Below are positions 28,658 to 38,769 of a stretch of 64,000 nucleotides of DNA, piece by piece. How positions within the stretch are numbered: position 1 is the first letter of the stretch; each line of letters opens with the position of its first letter. Made by a program: the position numbers and the translations under genes. Origin of the DNA: Rhodothermales bacterium (GTDB lineage Bacteria; Bacteroidota; Rhodothermia; Rhodothermales; BA12); contig CAWFGU010000021.1 in NCBI GenBank assembly GCA_963815505.1, forward strand, positions 8,676 to 72,675, in the 5' to 3' direction. Under the pieces are notes generated by a model. The model was not told where the DNA came from, did not search any database, and was given only the letters and a program-made list of their open reading frames with translations.

Positions 28658-29383
28658 TCACCGTTCGTTGATCGCGTGGTCGGAACGTCTGAGTTCTCTG
28701 TGCCACGTCCTCCACCCGACGACAGCGAGCCCGAGCAGGATGAGGTATAAAGCAGCCGTCGGCCCCAGCCCTTTGATGACGTACACGCTCGTCGCGACGG
28801 CATTGACGACGATCCACACCATCCAGTTTTCGACCCATTTGCGCGCCTGCATCACCTGCGCCGCCAGAGCGAACGAGGTCGTGAAGCCGTCTGCGTAAGG
28901 CAACGATCCGCCCGCACGCTCGAGCGCCCATCCCAGTCCCAGCGTCCCTCCGGCTGCCGCTAAAAGCAACCCACCGACCCAAGCCACAGGGCCCAGCCGG
29001 GGAGCCAGCGCGGCGTCGTCATCCGGCCCGCCAGCGTACCATGCACGCCAGCCATACACCTGAGCGACCAGGAATACGACGTAGAGCCCCATGTCGCCGT
29101 ACAGCCTGGCCTGCCAGAAAACGGGCAGGTAGAGCACTGTCGCCGCGATGCCGACCGGCCAGCCCCACACGTTCTGCCGCACCAGCAAGACGATGCTCAC
29201 GACCGTCAGAACGGCACCTGCGACCTCGATGGGATTGGAAAAGAAAGCGACGAAGGCGTCCACGAATGCGCGACAGGTGAAGCGCCAAAGGTACGAGAAA
29301 GCGCTGCCGCCGTATTGTCGCGGCGCCTTCCCCTTGGTTCGAGAGAGGTATAGCTGCCGAATCCAGCACAGCACGTGCGGCAC
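28658..29383 (-). CDS. pnuC: Nicotinamide riboside transporter PnuC
   Basis: VRQNVWGWPVGI, LYGDMGLYVVF, QARKWVENWMVWIVVN. Start uncertain. Confidence 0.8.
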   Translation of the reverse strand: MPHVLCWIRQLYLSRTKGKAPRQYGGSAFSYLWRFTCRAFVDAFVAFFSNPIEVAGAVLTVVSIVLLVRQNVWGWPVGIAATVLYLPVFWQARLYGDMGLYVVFLVAQVYGWRAWYAGGPDDDAALAPRLGPVAWVGGLLLAAAGGTLGLGWALERAGGSLPYADGFTTSFALAAQVMQARKWVENWMVWIVVNAVATSVYVIKGLGPTAALYLILLGLAVVGWRTWHRELRRSDHAINER

Positions 29384-29400
29384 CGTTACCGTCGCGCCTC

Positions 29401-29907
29401 CTACTCTGCCAACCGGCGAAATGCCCGATCGTAGTAGAGCAGCGGCTCGTCGGCTTCGGCGAACGTGATGCCATGTTCTACGCGTCCGACCACGAGGGTG
29501 TGATCTCCGGCTTCGATCATACGGTCGACCGTTCCGGCGAGGCGCGACAGGAAATGAGGGAGAACGGGCGTGTTATCGGCGTCGACGGTAGCGTTCAGGC
29601 CGTCGAACTGCTGCAACGGGGTGCGGCCCGGCATGGCGAAGCGGATCGCGACGGCTTCCTGTGATTCGTCTAGGATGTGCAAGGCAAAGCGGCCCGAATC
29701 GCGGAGGATCGGCAGGAACAGCGTCTCGTTGCCTAGCGCGAACGAGAGCAGCGGCGGATCGAGCGAGAGGCTGGTAAAGCTGCTGACCGTCAGCCCGCGC
29801 GCCACCCCGCCCGCCTGCGCCGTGACGACTGAGACGGGCTGCGCGCTCAGACGCATGGCCGTGCGGAGACTGTCGGCGGGGTCGTTGGCGTTGGTGGTGT
29901 CGAGCAT
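29401..29907 (-). CDS. Flavin reductase family protein (FMN-binding split barrel)
   Basis: VSVVTAQAGGVARGLTVSSFTSLSLDPPLLSFAL...GDHTLVVGRV. Confidence 0.8.
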   Translation of the reverse strand: MLDTTNANDPADSLRTAMRLSAQPVSVVTAQAGGVARGLTVSSFTSLSLDPPLLSFALGNETLFLPILRDSGRFALHILDESQEAVAIRFAMPGRTPLQQFDGLNATVDADNTPVLPHFLSRLAGTVDRMIEAGDHTLVVGRVEHGITFAEADEPLLYYDRAFRRLAE

Positions 29908-30084
29908 GAGCGAGAGTGAGGAGCTTCGAATAGACTACCGCGCCTGGATACTACACTGTTGTCATCTTGAGGACCCCAGACCAGGTCAGGGGCAGGCTCT
30001 GGCAACGGCGATCCCAGACTACGCAGCCTGTTCAGATCGCCACGTCGCTCCGCTCCCCGCGATGACAAGTGGCGTGGGTGGCGG

Positions 30085-31269
30085 TCACGCCTGAGCGGAG
30101 AAGGCGTTGCGGACTTTGGAGAAGAACGAGCGGGCGCGGCCTCCGCCATCAGCCTTGGGATTGGGCTGGAAGGCCGGTTCGTCGCGCAGGGCATCGAGAG
30201 CGGCCGCTTGCTCGTCGGTCAGGTCCTGCGGGGTCCAGACGTGCAAGCGAACGAGTTGGTCGCCGTGCCTGCTGCCACCGAGTTCGGGCAGTCCGCGACC
30301 GCGCATGCGCAAAGTCTTACCGCTCTGAACGCCCGGGTCGACGGTCACGCGCGACGTTCCGATCAGCGTCGGCACGTCGACTTCCGTTCCCAGTGCTGCG
30401 TCGGGTAGCGAGAGGTAGACGTCGAGCGCCACGTCGAGGCCTTCGCGTGTAAAGTGCTCGTGGGCTTTCTCTTCGATCTCGACGCGCAGGTCGCCGCCTG
30501 CTCCGCCTCGTATTCCGGCGTTTCCGGCACCTCTCAGCGTCAGGAAGTTGCCTTCGAGGACGCCCGGAGGCACGTGGATGGTAATCGTCTCCTCGCCTCG
30601 CTCGCGCCCCTCGCCCGAGCAACTGGGGCATGGCGCCTGGAGCGTCCGCCCTTCGCCCTGGCACGACGGGCACGGCTGGACGCTGACGAACTGGCCGAAC
30701 ACGCTGCGGCTGACGCGCTGCACCTCGCCCGCACCCTGGCACGTCGAGCACGTCGCGAAGCCTGCGTCGCCATCGGGCGAGCCGGTCCCGTCGCACGTCT
30801 CGCAGCCGACGAGCTTGCGGACTTTGACGTTGCGCTCGACACCGCCTGCGATCTCCTCGAGCGTGAGCGGCAGCTTGATGCGCAGGTCGCTTCCGGGGCG
30901 TCCGCGCTGAGGGCCACGCCGGCTGCGTCCGCCGCCGAACAGGTCTTCGAATCCGCCGCCGCCCGCCGCTGCCCCGAAGATGTCGCCGAAGCGGTCGAAG
31001 ATGTCGTTGACGTTGGTGAACGGCTGCTGCTGGCCTCCGCCGCCTGCTCCGCGCAGCCCGTCGTGACCGTAGCGGTCGTAGCGGGCGCGCTTGTCGGCAT
31101 TGGACAACACCTCGTTGGCTTCGGCAGCCTCCTTGAACTTGGCTTCGGCAGCCTCGTCACCCGGATTGCGGTCCGGGTGGTACTTCATCGCGACCTTGCG
31201 ATAGGCCTTCTTGATGTCGGCGTCGTTGGCGTCACGGCTGAGACCGAGGACTTCGTAGTATTCGATCAT
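30085..31269 (-). CDS. dnaJ: Molecular chaperone DnaJ
   Basis: J-domain YYEVLGL...YHPDRNP, a G/F region, and four CxxCxGxG zinc-finger repeats. Confidence 0.95.
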   Translation of the reverse strand: MIEYYEVLGLSRDANDADIKKAYRKVAMKYHPDRNPGDEAAEAKFKEAAEANEVLSNADKRARYDRYGHDGLRGAGGGGQQQPFTNVNDIFDRFGDIFGAAAGGGGFEDLFGGGRSRRGPQRGRPGSDLRIKLPLTLEEIAGGVERNVKVRKLVGCETCDGTGSPDGDAGFATCSTCQGAGEVQRVSRSVFGQFVSVQPCPSCQGEGRTLQAPCPSCSGEGRERGEETITIHVPPGVLEGNFLTLRGAGNAGIRGGAGGDLRVEIEEKAHEHFTREGLDVALDVYLSLPDAALGTEVDVPTLIGTSRVTVDPGVQSGKTLRMRGRGLPELGGSRHGDQLVRLHVWTPQDLTDEQAAALDALRDEPAFQPNPKADGGGRARSFFSKVRNAFSAQA

Positions 31270-31271
31270 GG

Positions 31272-31850
31272 TTAGGCGGCGACGACGACTTTGCTGTGGC
31301 GCAGGACGCGCTCGCCGAGCGTGTAGCCTTTCTGGTATTCGATGAGGACGGTCCCCGGCTCCACGCCGTCCGGCGCGGGCTGCTGGGTGAGCGCTTCGTG
31401 CAGGTTCTCGTCGAACGGCGACCCCTCGGCTTCGATGGGCTTGGCACCCAAACGCGTCAGCGTCTCGTTGAACTTGGTATAGACCAGGTCGACGCCGTCT
31501 CGCAGCGATTGGAGCGCCTCGGGACCTTCGGCCTTGGCCGTCGCCTCGCGCGTGCGGTCCAAGTCGTCGAAGAGGTCGAGCACGCTCCTGAGCACGCTCG
31601 CCTTGGCCTCATTCGACCATCCCGTCTTCTGCTCTTCGGTTCTGCGGCGGAAGTTCTGGTACTCGGCCGCCTGACGCTTCAACCGGTCGTCGAGCGCATC
31701 GCGTTCTTCTTGGAGCGTGCGCACCTGCTCGGCGAGTTCGTCGCGCTCGTTCTGCGACGCTTCGAGTTGTTCTTCGCGCTCGGCCAGTTCCTCGACCGTC
31801 TGCATCATCTGCTCTTCGGCAGTGGCGGTGTCGCGGGGCGTTTCGGGCAT
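31272..31850 (-). CDS. grpE: Nucleotide exchange factor GrpE
   Basis: Coiled-coil N-terminus; C-terminus GTVLIEYQKGYTLGERVLRHSKVVVA. Confidence 0.9.
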   Translation of the reverse strand: MPETPRDTATAEEQMMQTVEELAEREEQLEASQNERDELAEQVRTLQEERDALDDRLKRQAAEYQNFRRRTEEQKTGWSNEAKASVLRSVLDLFDDLDRTREATAKAEGPEALQSLRDGVDLVYTKFNETLTRLGAKPIEAEGSPFDENLHEALTQQPAPDGVEPGTVLIEYQKGYTLGERVLRHSKVVVAA

Positions 31851-31885
31851 GGGAAAACGGTAGTTGGAGTAGAGTAGAAAGAGGG

Positions 31886-32938
31886 TTAGTCGAGCAAGGT
31901 GGACTCGCGCGACAGCGTGCGGGCCGCCTGCTCGACAATGCCGACGGCTCGGGCGTAGTCCATTCGCGTCGGGCCAATCACGCCGACCGTGCCGACCGAC
32001 CCACCCAGCCGATAGCGCGCCGTGACGATCGAAAAGCCTTCCGTGTCGTCGCCTTCGCGCCCGATCGTAATGCGAGCGACGCCCGACGTGCTCGTTTCGT
32101 CTTCGAGAAGCTGCACCAAAAAGCGCTCGTCTTCGAGCATCCCGATCAGGCGACGCAACTCGGCAGGCTGCTGGAACTCGGGCTGATCCAGCAGCGGCGA
32201 CGTGCTCGATACCTCGACGCGTTCGGTCTCAGGCTCAGCAAAAAACACGTGCTGCCGGTCGACGATGAGGCGAACGACTCCAGCGCGCGTCTCATCGTCC
32301 AGATCGCGGACGCGCTCGGCGAATGTCCGGCGGATCTCCTCCATCGCCAGACCGGCGATGCGCTCGTTCAGACGCTGGACGACGCGTTCGAGTTGGTCGC
32401 GCGGTACATCGGTGTCGAGTTCGAGCAGGATGGTTTTGACGAGTCCGTCGCGTAGGCTGAGGACGAAGATGACGCGGCTGGACGAGACGGGAACGGCTTC
32501 GATGCGTTCGAGAATGCCCGTTGCCAATCGCGGTTTGAGGACGACGCCGAGCAGGTTCGACAGCGTACCCAGCAGCTTGCTCGTCTCGCGCAGCAGGCCG
32601 TCGGTGTCGCCGCTCATGCGGTCAAGTTCGGCGCGGAGTAGATGCTTTTCGGCGCGTGACAGGAGCGGTGCCGCCATCAACTCATCAACGAACGTGCGGT
32701 AGCCCTGCGCCGTCGGAATCCGTCCCGCCGACGTATGCGGCTGATTCAGGTAGCCCGCCGCTCCGAGCGCACTCAGCGTCGAGCGGATCGACGCGCTGCT
32801 GATGCCCAGGTCGTAGCGCTCGGCCAGAATCCGCGAGCCGACCGGGCCCGCCGTCTGCACGAACGCCTGCACGGCGGCGCGCAGGATCGACCGCTCGCGT
32901 TCGGAAAGCGTCGGGGATTCGGACGGTGAGCGGGACAT
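31886..32938 (-). CDS. hrcA: Heat-inducible transcription repressor HrcA
   Basis: LSERERSILRAAVQAFVQTAGPVGSR and the position upstream of grpE-dnaJ. Confidence 0.9.
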   Translation of the reverse strand: MSRSPSESPTLSERERSILRAAVQAFVQTAGPVGSRILAERYDLGISSASIRSTLSALGAAGYLNQPHTSAGRIPTAQGYRTFVDELMAAPLLSRAEKHLLRAELDRMSGDTDGLLRETSKLLGTLSNLLGVVLKPRLATGILERIEAVPVSSSRVIFVLSLRDGLVKTILLELDTDVPRDQLERVVQRLNERIAGLAMEEIRRTFAERVRDLDDETRAGVVRLIVDRQHVFFAEPETERVEVSSTSPLLDQPEFQQPAELRRLIGMLEDERFLVQLLEDETSTSGVARITIGREGDDTEGFSIVTARYRLGGSVGTVGVIGPTRMDYARAVGIVEQAARTLSRESTLLD

Positions 32939-33147
32939 GCGGAGGCGTGGAGGTGGTAAGTCGGTCGGACGCGCAAGATCGGTGCCTGGGTGCCGGAACG
33001 GCAGAACGGAACTAACGGTGGGTAGCCAGGCCGTAACGGCATGTCAGAACGGCTGTTTCTCTCTAGCTCGTGCGCTTTTGGTTGGACACGGTTAGGAATC
33101 TTGCTGCAAAACGCCGACGTTTCGCCCGACTCCACTCCCGCCACGCT

Positions 33148-33724
33148 ATGCCCTCGGCTCAACTCGACGCCTACTCCCGCGCCTACCGCGACGCTCAAAC
33201 GCGCCTTCACGCACTCATCGACGGCTTGACCGACGAGCAGTTCAACTGGAAACCCGCCGAGGGCCGCTGGTCCGTCGGCGAAGTCATCGCCCACCTCAAC
33301 ACGATGGCGCGCGGCTACCTGTTCGTCGCCGAAGAGCGGATGTCGCACGCCGACATTGCGCCGCTCGGCGACCGCCAGTTGCGTCACGGATGGATCGGGA
33401 AGCAGTTCATCAAAGCTGTCACGCCCGGCAGTCGCCCGCTCGAAGACGATGCCGCGCATGGCCCCGCCGCCTGCTCCCGGCGGACAATCGAACCTGCGCA
33501 AGGCCGAGCTGATGGCCGATTTCGACAGCTACACCGACCGATTCGTCGCCCTCATCCAGTCGTCCGAAGGCAAAGCCATCGACAAGGTGCGCGTGTCGTC
33601 GCCGTTCCTCAAAGTGCTGCGCCTGCCGCTCGCCACGTTCTTCGACGCGCTCGGCCAGCACACGCTCCGCCACGCCGGGCAAGCCGAGCGCGTCGCTCAG
33701 CTGTCTGGCTTCCCGTCAGCCTGA
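33148..33724 (+). CDS. DinB-family protein, frame broken near 33440
   Basis: N-terminal half LIDGLTDEQFNWKPAEGRWSVGEVIAHL is in one frame. C-terminal half APPPAPGG...YTDRFVALIQ...LGQHTLRHAGQAERV is in the +1 frame. Confidence 0.65.
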
Positions 33725-33791
33725 CCCCTCCCCCTCCCTCACCGGCTGCGCCCTGTGCTCCTCCTCTCGCTCCTCCTCGCCTCTCTGTCTG

Positions 33792-35840
33792 ATGCCCGAC
33801 GCATCCGCCGGCGAACCGCACGTTCCCGATTTCCCCGTTCTCTCGGCGACGACCGAACTCCATGCCACCTCGCCCGATGGGTTGATTCAGGTTGGGATCC
33901 AGGTGGACGATGCGGGCTACGCCTACTGGTCGGCGACGCGGTTCGGGCATCCGGTTTTGAAGCCGGGCAAACTGGGCATGACGCTGAGCAGCGGCGCGCT
34001 CGACCGGACGTTCAGGATCGTCGGCTCGTCGACGCGCAGTCAGGACGAGACGTGGGAGCAGCCGTGGGGCGAGCAGCGGCTGGTGCGCGACGCGTTCGAG
34101 GAGTTGACCGTCGAGCTGGAGACGCAGGCCGGGCTGCGGCTCGACGTGATCGCGCGCGCCTACGACGATGGTGTCGCCCTGCGCTACGTGATTCCCGAGC
34201 AGACTGCGCTGTCGGGCGAGATCCACATTTTGGACGAGGCGACCGAGTACGTGTTCGCGGACGATCACCACACGTGGAGCATCGACAGCTACACGTGGAA
34301 TCGCTACGAGTATCTGTATCAGGAGCGCGCGCTGAGCGATCTAGCCGGTGTCCACACGCCGATCACGATGGAAACGCCGGGCGGACTGTTCCTCGCCGCC
34401 CACGAAGCCGCCCTGACCGACTGGGCCAGCATGACGTTGTCGCGCACCGATTCAACGACGCTTAAAGCTGACCTCGTGCCGTGGCACGACGGCGTGCGCG
34501 TCCGGGGCGAGGGCCGGATGGTGTCGCCGTGGCGGATGCTGCAGATCGCCGACGACGCGGCTCGCCTGACCGAGTCGATGCTGATGCTCAACCTCAACGA
34601 GCCAAACGTGCTGGGCGACGTAAGCAGCTATGCCAAGCCGGGCAAATACGTCGGCGTGTGGTGGGAGATGCACGTCGGCAAGAGCACGTGGGGCAGCGGC
34701 CCGACGCACGGCGCGACCAACGAAAACGTGCGCCGCTACATCGACTTCGCGGCCGAGAATGAGATGAGCGGCGTCCTCGTCGAGGGCTGGAACGTCGGAT
34801 GGGACGGCGACTGGACGGCCAACGCCGACCTGTTCAGCTTTACCGAGTCCTACCCCGACTTCGACCTGCCCGCCCTGGCCGCCTACGCGCAGGAGAAGGG
34901 AACGCGGCTGATCGGTCACCACGAAACGTCTACGGGCATCGCCAACTACGAGGCGCAGATGGACGACGCGTTCGACCTCTACCGAGAAGTCGGCATCCGC
35001 GCGGTCAAGACGGGCTACGTCGGCCACGGACAGAACATTGTATGGACCGATGCGGATGGCAACGAGCACCGCGAGTGGCACCACGGCCAGTTCATGGTCC
35101 GCCATTGGCGCAAGGTGACGCAGGCCGCCGCCGAGCGAGGTATCGTGCTCAACGTCCACGAGCCGGTTCACGACACCGGCATCCGCCGCACCTACCCGAA
35201 CCTGATGACGCGCGAGGGCGCGCGAGGCCAGGAGTACAACGCGTGGAGCGAAGGCAACGGCCCGTCGCACACGACGATTCTGCCGTTCACGCGGATGCTC
35301 GCCAGCCCGATGGACTTCACGCCCGGCATCGTCCAACTCACCATTGAGGGCCGCGACAACAAAGTGCCAACGACGATCGCCAAGCAGATGGCGCTTTACG
35401 TCGTGCTCTACAGCCCGCTCCAGATGGCCGCCGATCTGCCCGAGCACTACGAGCAGCGCCCCGACGCGACAGCGTGGATACGCGCCGTCGGTGTCGACTG
35501 GGAGCAGTCGCGCACCGTCCACGCCCAGATCGGCGACTACGTGACGGTCGCTCGGCAAGAGCGCGAGACCGGCGAGTGGTTCGTCGGCAGCATCACCGAC
35601 GAGACCGGACGCATCCTCCCCCTCCACCTCGACTTCCTCGACGCCGATACGCCCTACCTCGCCCAGATCTGGCGCGACGCCGACGACGCCGACTGGCAGA
35701 CCAATCCGCACGCGATGACGACGGAACGCCGCATCGTCCGCCTCGGCGACGTGATCGACTTGCGCCTGGCTCCCGGCGGCGGAACCGCCATCCACCTGCG
35801 CCCGGCGACGGACGACGAGATGGCGCGCGTGAGGGAGTGA
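33792..35840 (+). CDS. Glycoside hydrolase family 97 (alpha-glucosidase/alpha-galactosidase type)
   Basis: LGMTLSS...WEQPWGE...ARAYDDGVALRY, GVWWEMH, VKTGYV, HEPV..TGIRRTYPN, TREGARGQEYNAW. A good signal peptide ((L)RPVLLLSLLLASLSDA from 33746/33755) sits in another frame, so a possible extra frame break near 33790. Confidence 0.85.
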   Translation: MPDASAGEPHVPDFPVLSATTELHATSPDGLIQVGIQVDDAGYAYWSATRFGHPVLKPGKLGMTLSSGALDRTFRIVGSSTRSQDETWEQPWGEQRLVRDAFEELTVELETQAGLRLDVIARAYDDGVALRYVIPEQTALSGEIHILDEATEYVFADDHHTWSIDSYTWNRYEYLYQERALSDLAGVHTPITMETPGGLFLAAHEAALTDWASMTLSRTDSTTLKADLVPWHDGVRVRGEGRMVSPWRMLQIADDAARLTESMLMLNLNEPNVLGDVSSYAKPGKYVGVWWEMHVGKSTWGSGPTHGATNENVRRYIDFAAENEMSGVLVEGWNVGWDGDWTANADLFSFTESYPDFDLPALAAYAQEKGTRLIGHHETSTGIANYEAQMDDAFDLYREVGIRAVKTGYVGHGQNIVWTDADGNEHREWHHGQFMVRHWRKVTQAAAERGIVLNVHEPVHDTGIRRTYPNLMTREGARGQEYNAWSEGNGPSHTTILPFTRMLASPMDFTPGIVQLTIEGRDNKVPTTIAKQMALYVVLYSPLQMAADLPEHYEQRPDATAWIRAVGVDWEQSRTVHAQIGDYVTVARQERETGEWFVGSITDETGRILPLHLDFLDADTPYLAQIWRDADDADWQTNPHAMTTERRIVRLGDVIDLRLAPGGGTAIHLRPATDDEMARVRE

Positions 35841-35958
35841 TTCGGTCTATGAGCTGGAACTGGTCCGCCGGCGAATCAGACGAGCTCCTTTGCAAGGAAT
35901 GCGGCATGCCGGTATCACCGATGAACGCCACAAGCATCGGTGGGGGAGGCGCGGAGTT

Positions 35959-36828
35959 TCAACTCGCGAGAACGAGCGGAGCGTCCGGCGCGCGCGGGTC
36001 GAGGTTGTAGAGCGCACACATCGCCTCGAACAGTTCGGGGTGGCGCAGCGACAGCGGGTCGGGGCGCTCGAAGAAAAACTCGGTCGCGCAGGCGAAGAAC
36101 TCGGCTTCGTTGGTGCCCGCGTAGCTGCGTAGGATGCTGCGGCCGACCTTGACACTTCTGCATCTCCTGCGCACCAGCGCGACCCACGCGTCATGGCACT
36201 CGGGAGCAACCAGCGACGGCGACCCCTCGGCTATGCCGTTGTCGAAGTCGAGCAGGTGCGCCAACTCGTGCAGCACGACGTTGTATCCATCCTCGCTGGG
36301 CCACGCGGTCTCGACCGACGGCGCGGTGAACAGGACGGCACCTTGCTGGTGTGCCATGCCGTCGAACTGGCCACCCGGCGTGTCGTCGTAGCCCTCGTCG
36401 AAGGCGTCGGGGTAGAGCAAGACGGTGTGCCGGTTCGAGATTCGGAAATCGGGACGGGCGTGCAGCAGGGTCGCATCACCGGCGGCGACGGCGACCCGCA
36501 GCGCGTCCGTCACAGGCTGACCGGCGACGCCCTCGAAGCGGTGCTCGTCCAGGAACCGGCGCACGCGGCTCTCGAAGCGTCGTTTACCGTCGGGCGAGAG
36601 TCGGTTGTAGAACGGTACGTTGGTCTTGAGCCAATCGCGGTGCGCGCGGGCGAGCGGAAGATGCGCGCGGGCGGCTCGGCGACGCTCGTCCAGATAGACG
36701 ACGACTCCGGCGACGATGGCAGCGGCCAGCGACCACAGCAGCGACACGTCGAACCTGAGCGAGACGATTAGGCCGATCGCGAGGGCGAATCCGGCGGCGG
36801 CGGCGATACGGGAGAATCGAACGGGCAT
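35959..36828 (-). CDS. M90 (MtfA-like) zinc metallopeptidase with N-terminal TM
   Basis: VVLHELAHLLD zinc motif and EFFACATEFFFERP. Confidence 0.7.
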   Translation of the reverse strand: MPVRFSRIAAAAGFALAIGLIVSLRFDVSLLWSLAAAIVAGVVVYLDERRRAARAHLPLARAHRDWLKTNVPFYNRLSPDGKRRFESRVRRFLDEHRFEGVAGQPVTDALRVAVAAGDATLLHARPDFRISNRHTVLLYPDAFDEGYDDTPGGQFDGMAHQQGAVLFTAPSVETAWPSEDGYNVVLHELAHLLDFDNGIAEGSPSLVAPECHDAWVALVRRRCRSVKVGRSILRSYAGTNEAEFFACATEFFFERPDPLSLRHPELFEAMCALYNLDPRAPDAPLVLAS

Positions 36829-36941
36829 GACGGAAGATACCAGAGACCGAAACGATGTGGATAACGAGATGGGCGCTGGGCTAAAGTCTCGGCCGCAGGT
36901 GCCGATAGCGTCAGCACTGTATCCCCCCTAGCCCCGAGATC

Positions 36942-37706
36942 ATGGAACCCTCCCTCCAGGAACTAGCCGAAGCTTACGCCAGCGCCCCAGACGAGCAGCG
37001 TCGCGCGACCGTCGTCATGTCCGGCGTCCACCTCGTCCGCTCGGTCGTCGGGCGTACGAGCGTGCCCAACCACCCGCTCGCCTCGCGCGAAGACCTGGAG
37101 AGCGCCGGACTGATCGGCCTCTTGCAGGCGCTCGACCAGTACGATCCGGCACGCGGCACGCCGTTCGCCTCGTTCGCCTACAGCCGCATCCGAGGCTCGC
37201 TGATCGACTACCTGCGCACCATCGACCCGCTCTCGCGCGACCAGCGGCGGCGCTTCGGCGAAGTGCAGCACGCCTACGAGACGCTGCGGCAGACGATGGG
37301 CGAAGAACCAGACGAAGAGGACGTGGCCGACTTCATCGGCATCACCGTCGACGAGTACCGCGACACGCTCAACCGCGCCCAGCGCCGATTCGCCCTGTCG
37401 ATCCACAGCACGATCTACGACAACTCCGAAACGGCACTCTACGAGACGCTGCCCAGTGAGGACGCCGACGCGGCGTTCAACCAGATCGAGCAGGACTCGC
37501 TGATCAGCTACATCCAAACCATTATCGGCGAGCAGTCCGAGCGCGAACAGCACATGCTGGGCCTCTACTACTACGAGGATCTGACGCTGCGCGAAATCGC
37601 TGGGCTGTACAACCTGACCGAGGCGCGCATTTCGCAGATCCTGGGCAAGAGCCTGCTCAAAATCCGCGCCCGCCTGAACGCCAACGAACTCGCGATGGCC
37701 GCATGA
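36942..37706 (+). CDS. fliA: FliA/WhiG-type (group 3) RNA polymerase sigma factor
   Basis: Region 2 GLIGLLQALDQYDPARGTPFASFAYSRIRGSLIDYLR. Region 4 LGLYYYEDLTLREIAGLYNLTEARISQI. Confidence 0.75.
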   Translation: MEPSLQELAEAYASAPDEQRRATVVMSGVHLVRSVVGRTSVPNHPLASREDLESAGLIGLLQALDQYDPARGTPFASFAYSRIRGSLIDYLRTIDPLSRDQRRRFGEVQHAYETLRQTMGEEPDEEDVADFIGITVDEYRDTLNRAQRRFALSIHSTIYDNSETALYETLPSEDADAAFNQIEQDSLISYIQTIIGEQSEREQHMLGLYYYEDLTLREIAGLYNLTEARISQILGKSLLKIRARLNANELAMAA

Positions 37707-37983
37707 CGCTGGCTCCCTACACGCGAGGCAATACCCTGAGGAAGGGCGAAAGTCACGCTTCGACGGTCGGCACTTCGATCCTACGTCAGTCGTTCCTGCG
37801 CGAGGTCGAATCTACCGTCGTGGCCTGGGAAGGCAAGGCTCCGACCGCCTCATCTCGTCGCGCGGAGGTGCGCCGCGCGCCTATCCGACGACGCGCGCTC
37901 TCTGGAGCAGCCGAGCAGCGTGGATGACTGCCGGGGTCCCCGCCCCGGTCCTCGGCCAACGAATCGGTGCGAGGCGCTACGCC

Positions 37984-38361
37984 TCACCCGCCGCGCGCGC
38001 TTCGGCCAGAGCCTGCTCCAGCGCCTCCAGAGTACTTGCCGATGCGGCGCTTGTTGACGCCCAGATCGCTGCGGCCACTCCGCGAAGCGCTGCGGACGTA
38101 GAGGGCCGAGCCTTCGCCGTGCGGGACGACGCGGATCGCCAGATCGTCGGTGAACATCAGCACGCGGAACGTGGCGTCGATGTGCAGACGGCCCTCATCC
38201 GTGATCACGGTGTGCGGGCCGACGCGGCTCAGCGCATGTTCGGCTATCAGCCAAAGCGTGCGCGGCTCGACCTCGAATGCGTTGCCGCCCGTCGCGCAGT
38301 TGGGCGTGCCGGGGCATGGCGGAAGTGGCGTCTCCGGGAGGGTATCGGCAGATGTGCTCAC
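37984..38361 (-). CDS. DUF1499 family protein
   Basis: GTG 38361 overlaps the ccmE stop (GTGA). PPCPGTPNC...FTDDL...VRSASRSGRSDLGVNKRRI. An alternative frame after about 38035 reads ASTLEALEQALAEARAAGEA* (stop 37968) and looks more natural, so a possible frame break. Confidence 0.6.
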   Translation of the reverse strand: MSTSADTLPETPLPPCPGTPNCATGGNAFEVEPRTLWLIAEHALSRVGPHTVITDEGRLHIDATFRVLMFTDDLAIRVVPHGEGSALYVRSASRSGRSDLGVNKRRIGKYSGGAGAGSGRSARGG

Positions 38362-38759
38362 GTGGCCGCCTCGGCTTCGAGCGCCTGGATCGCCCGCTCC
38401 TCGTTGTACTTCGACGGGCACTTTACCAAGATGTGCTCGGCTACGAACGCCTCGCCGTCGACTCGGCCCTCGACGACGACTTGATCAGCGTCTTCGAAGT
38501 TAGGAGGCTTGGGGTTGTGATAGACGACCGGCCTACGCGCTCCGCCCTCATCGAGCATCACGAACGAAAAAACGTTGGTCGCTGGATCGTAGGCGAATCC
38601 GGCATCGCGGTCCCACGTGCCGACGACGTGCGCGCTGGCCGAGGTGCGCTCGGCCTCGGCGAAGTCCATGTAGCCGCCGACGTTGGCGCCGAAGCTGTTG
38701 ATGAGCAGGATGCTGAATACAGCCAGCAGCACGAGGCCGCCGATGGTTTTGGGCTTCAT
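38358..38759 (-). CDS. ccmE: Cytochrome c maturation heme chaperone CcmE, CxxxY variant
   Basis: ATG 38759. N-terminal anchor MKPKTIGGLVLLAVFSILLI, OB-fold body, ILVKCPSKY in place of the HxxxY heme-binding motif. Confidence 0.8.
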   Translation of the reverse strand: MKPKTIGGLVLLAVFSILLINSFGANVGGYMDFAEAERTSASAHVVGTWDRDAGFAYDPATNVFSFVMLDEGGARRPVVYHNPKPPNFEDADQVVVEGRVDGEAFVAEHILVKCPSKYNEERAIQALEAEAAT

Positions 38760-38769
38760 AACGGTCGAG

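Noticed and set aside
32939-33147. CIRCE element upstream of hrcA
   Set aside because: No inverted repeat resembles TTAGCACTC-N9-GAGTGCTAA. The nearest candidate (TAGCTCGTG...CACGGTTAG) does not pair.
37703-37927. 74-aa ORF overlapping the fliA stop (ATGA) as a possible anti-sigma factor FlgM
   Set aside because: The sequence is Arg/Ser-rich with no FlgM-like C-terminal helices. It lies in the convergent 3' region shared with the DUF1499 gene. There is no support beyond the overlap.
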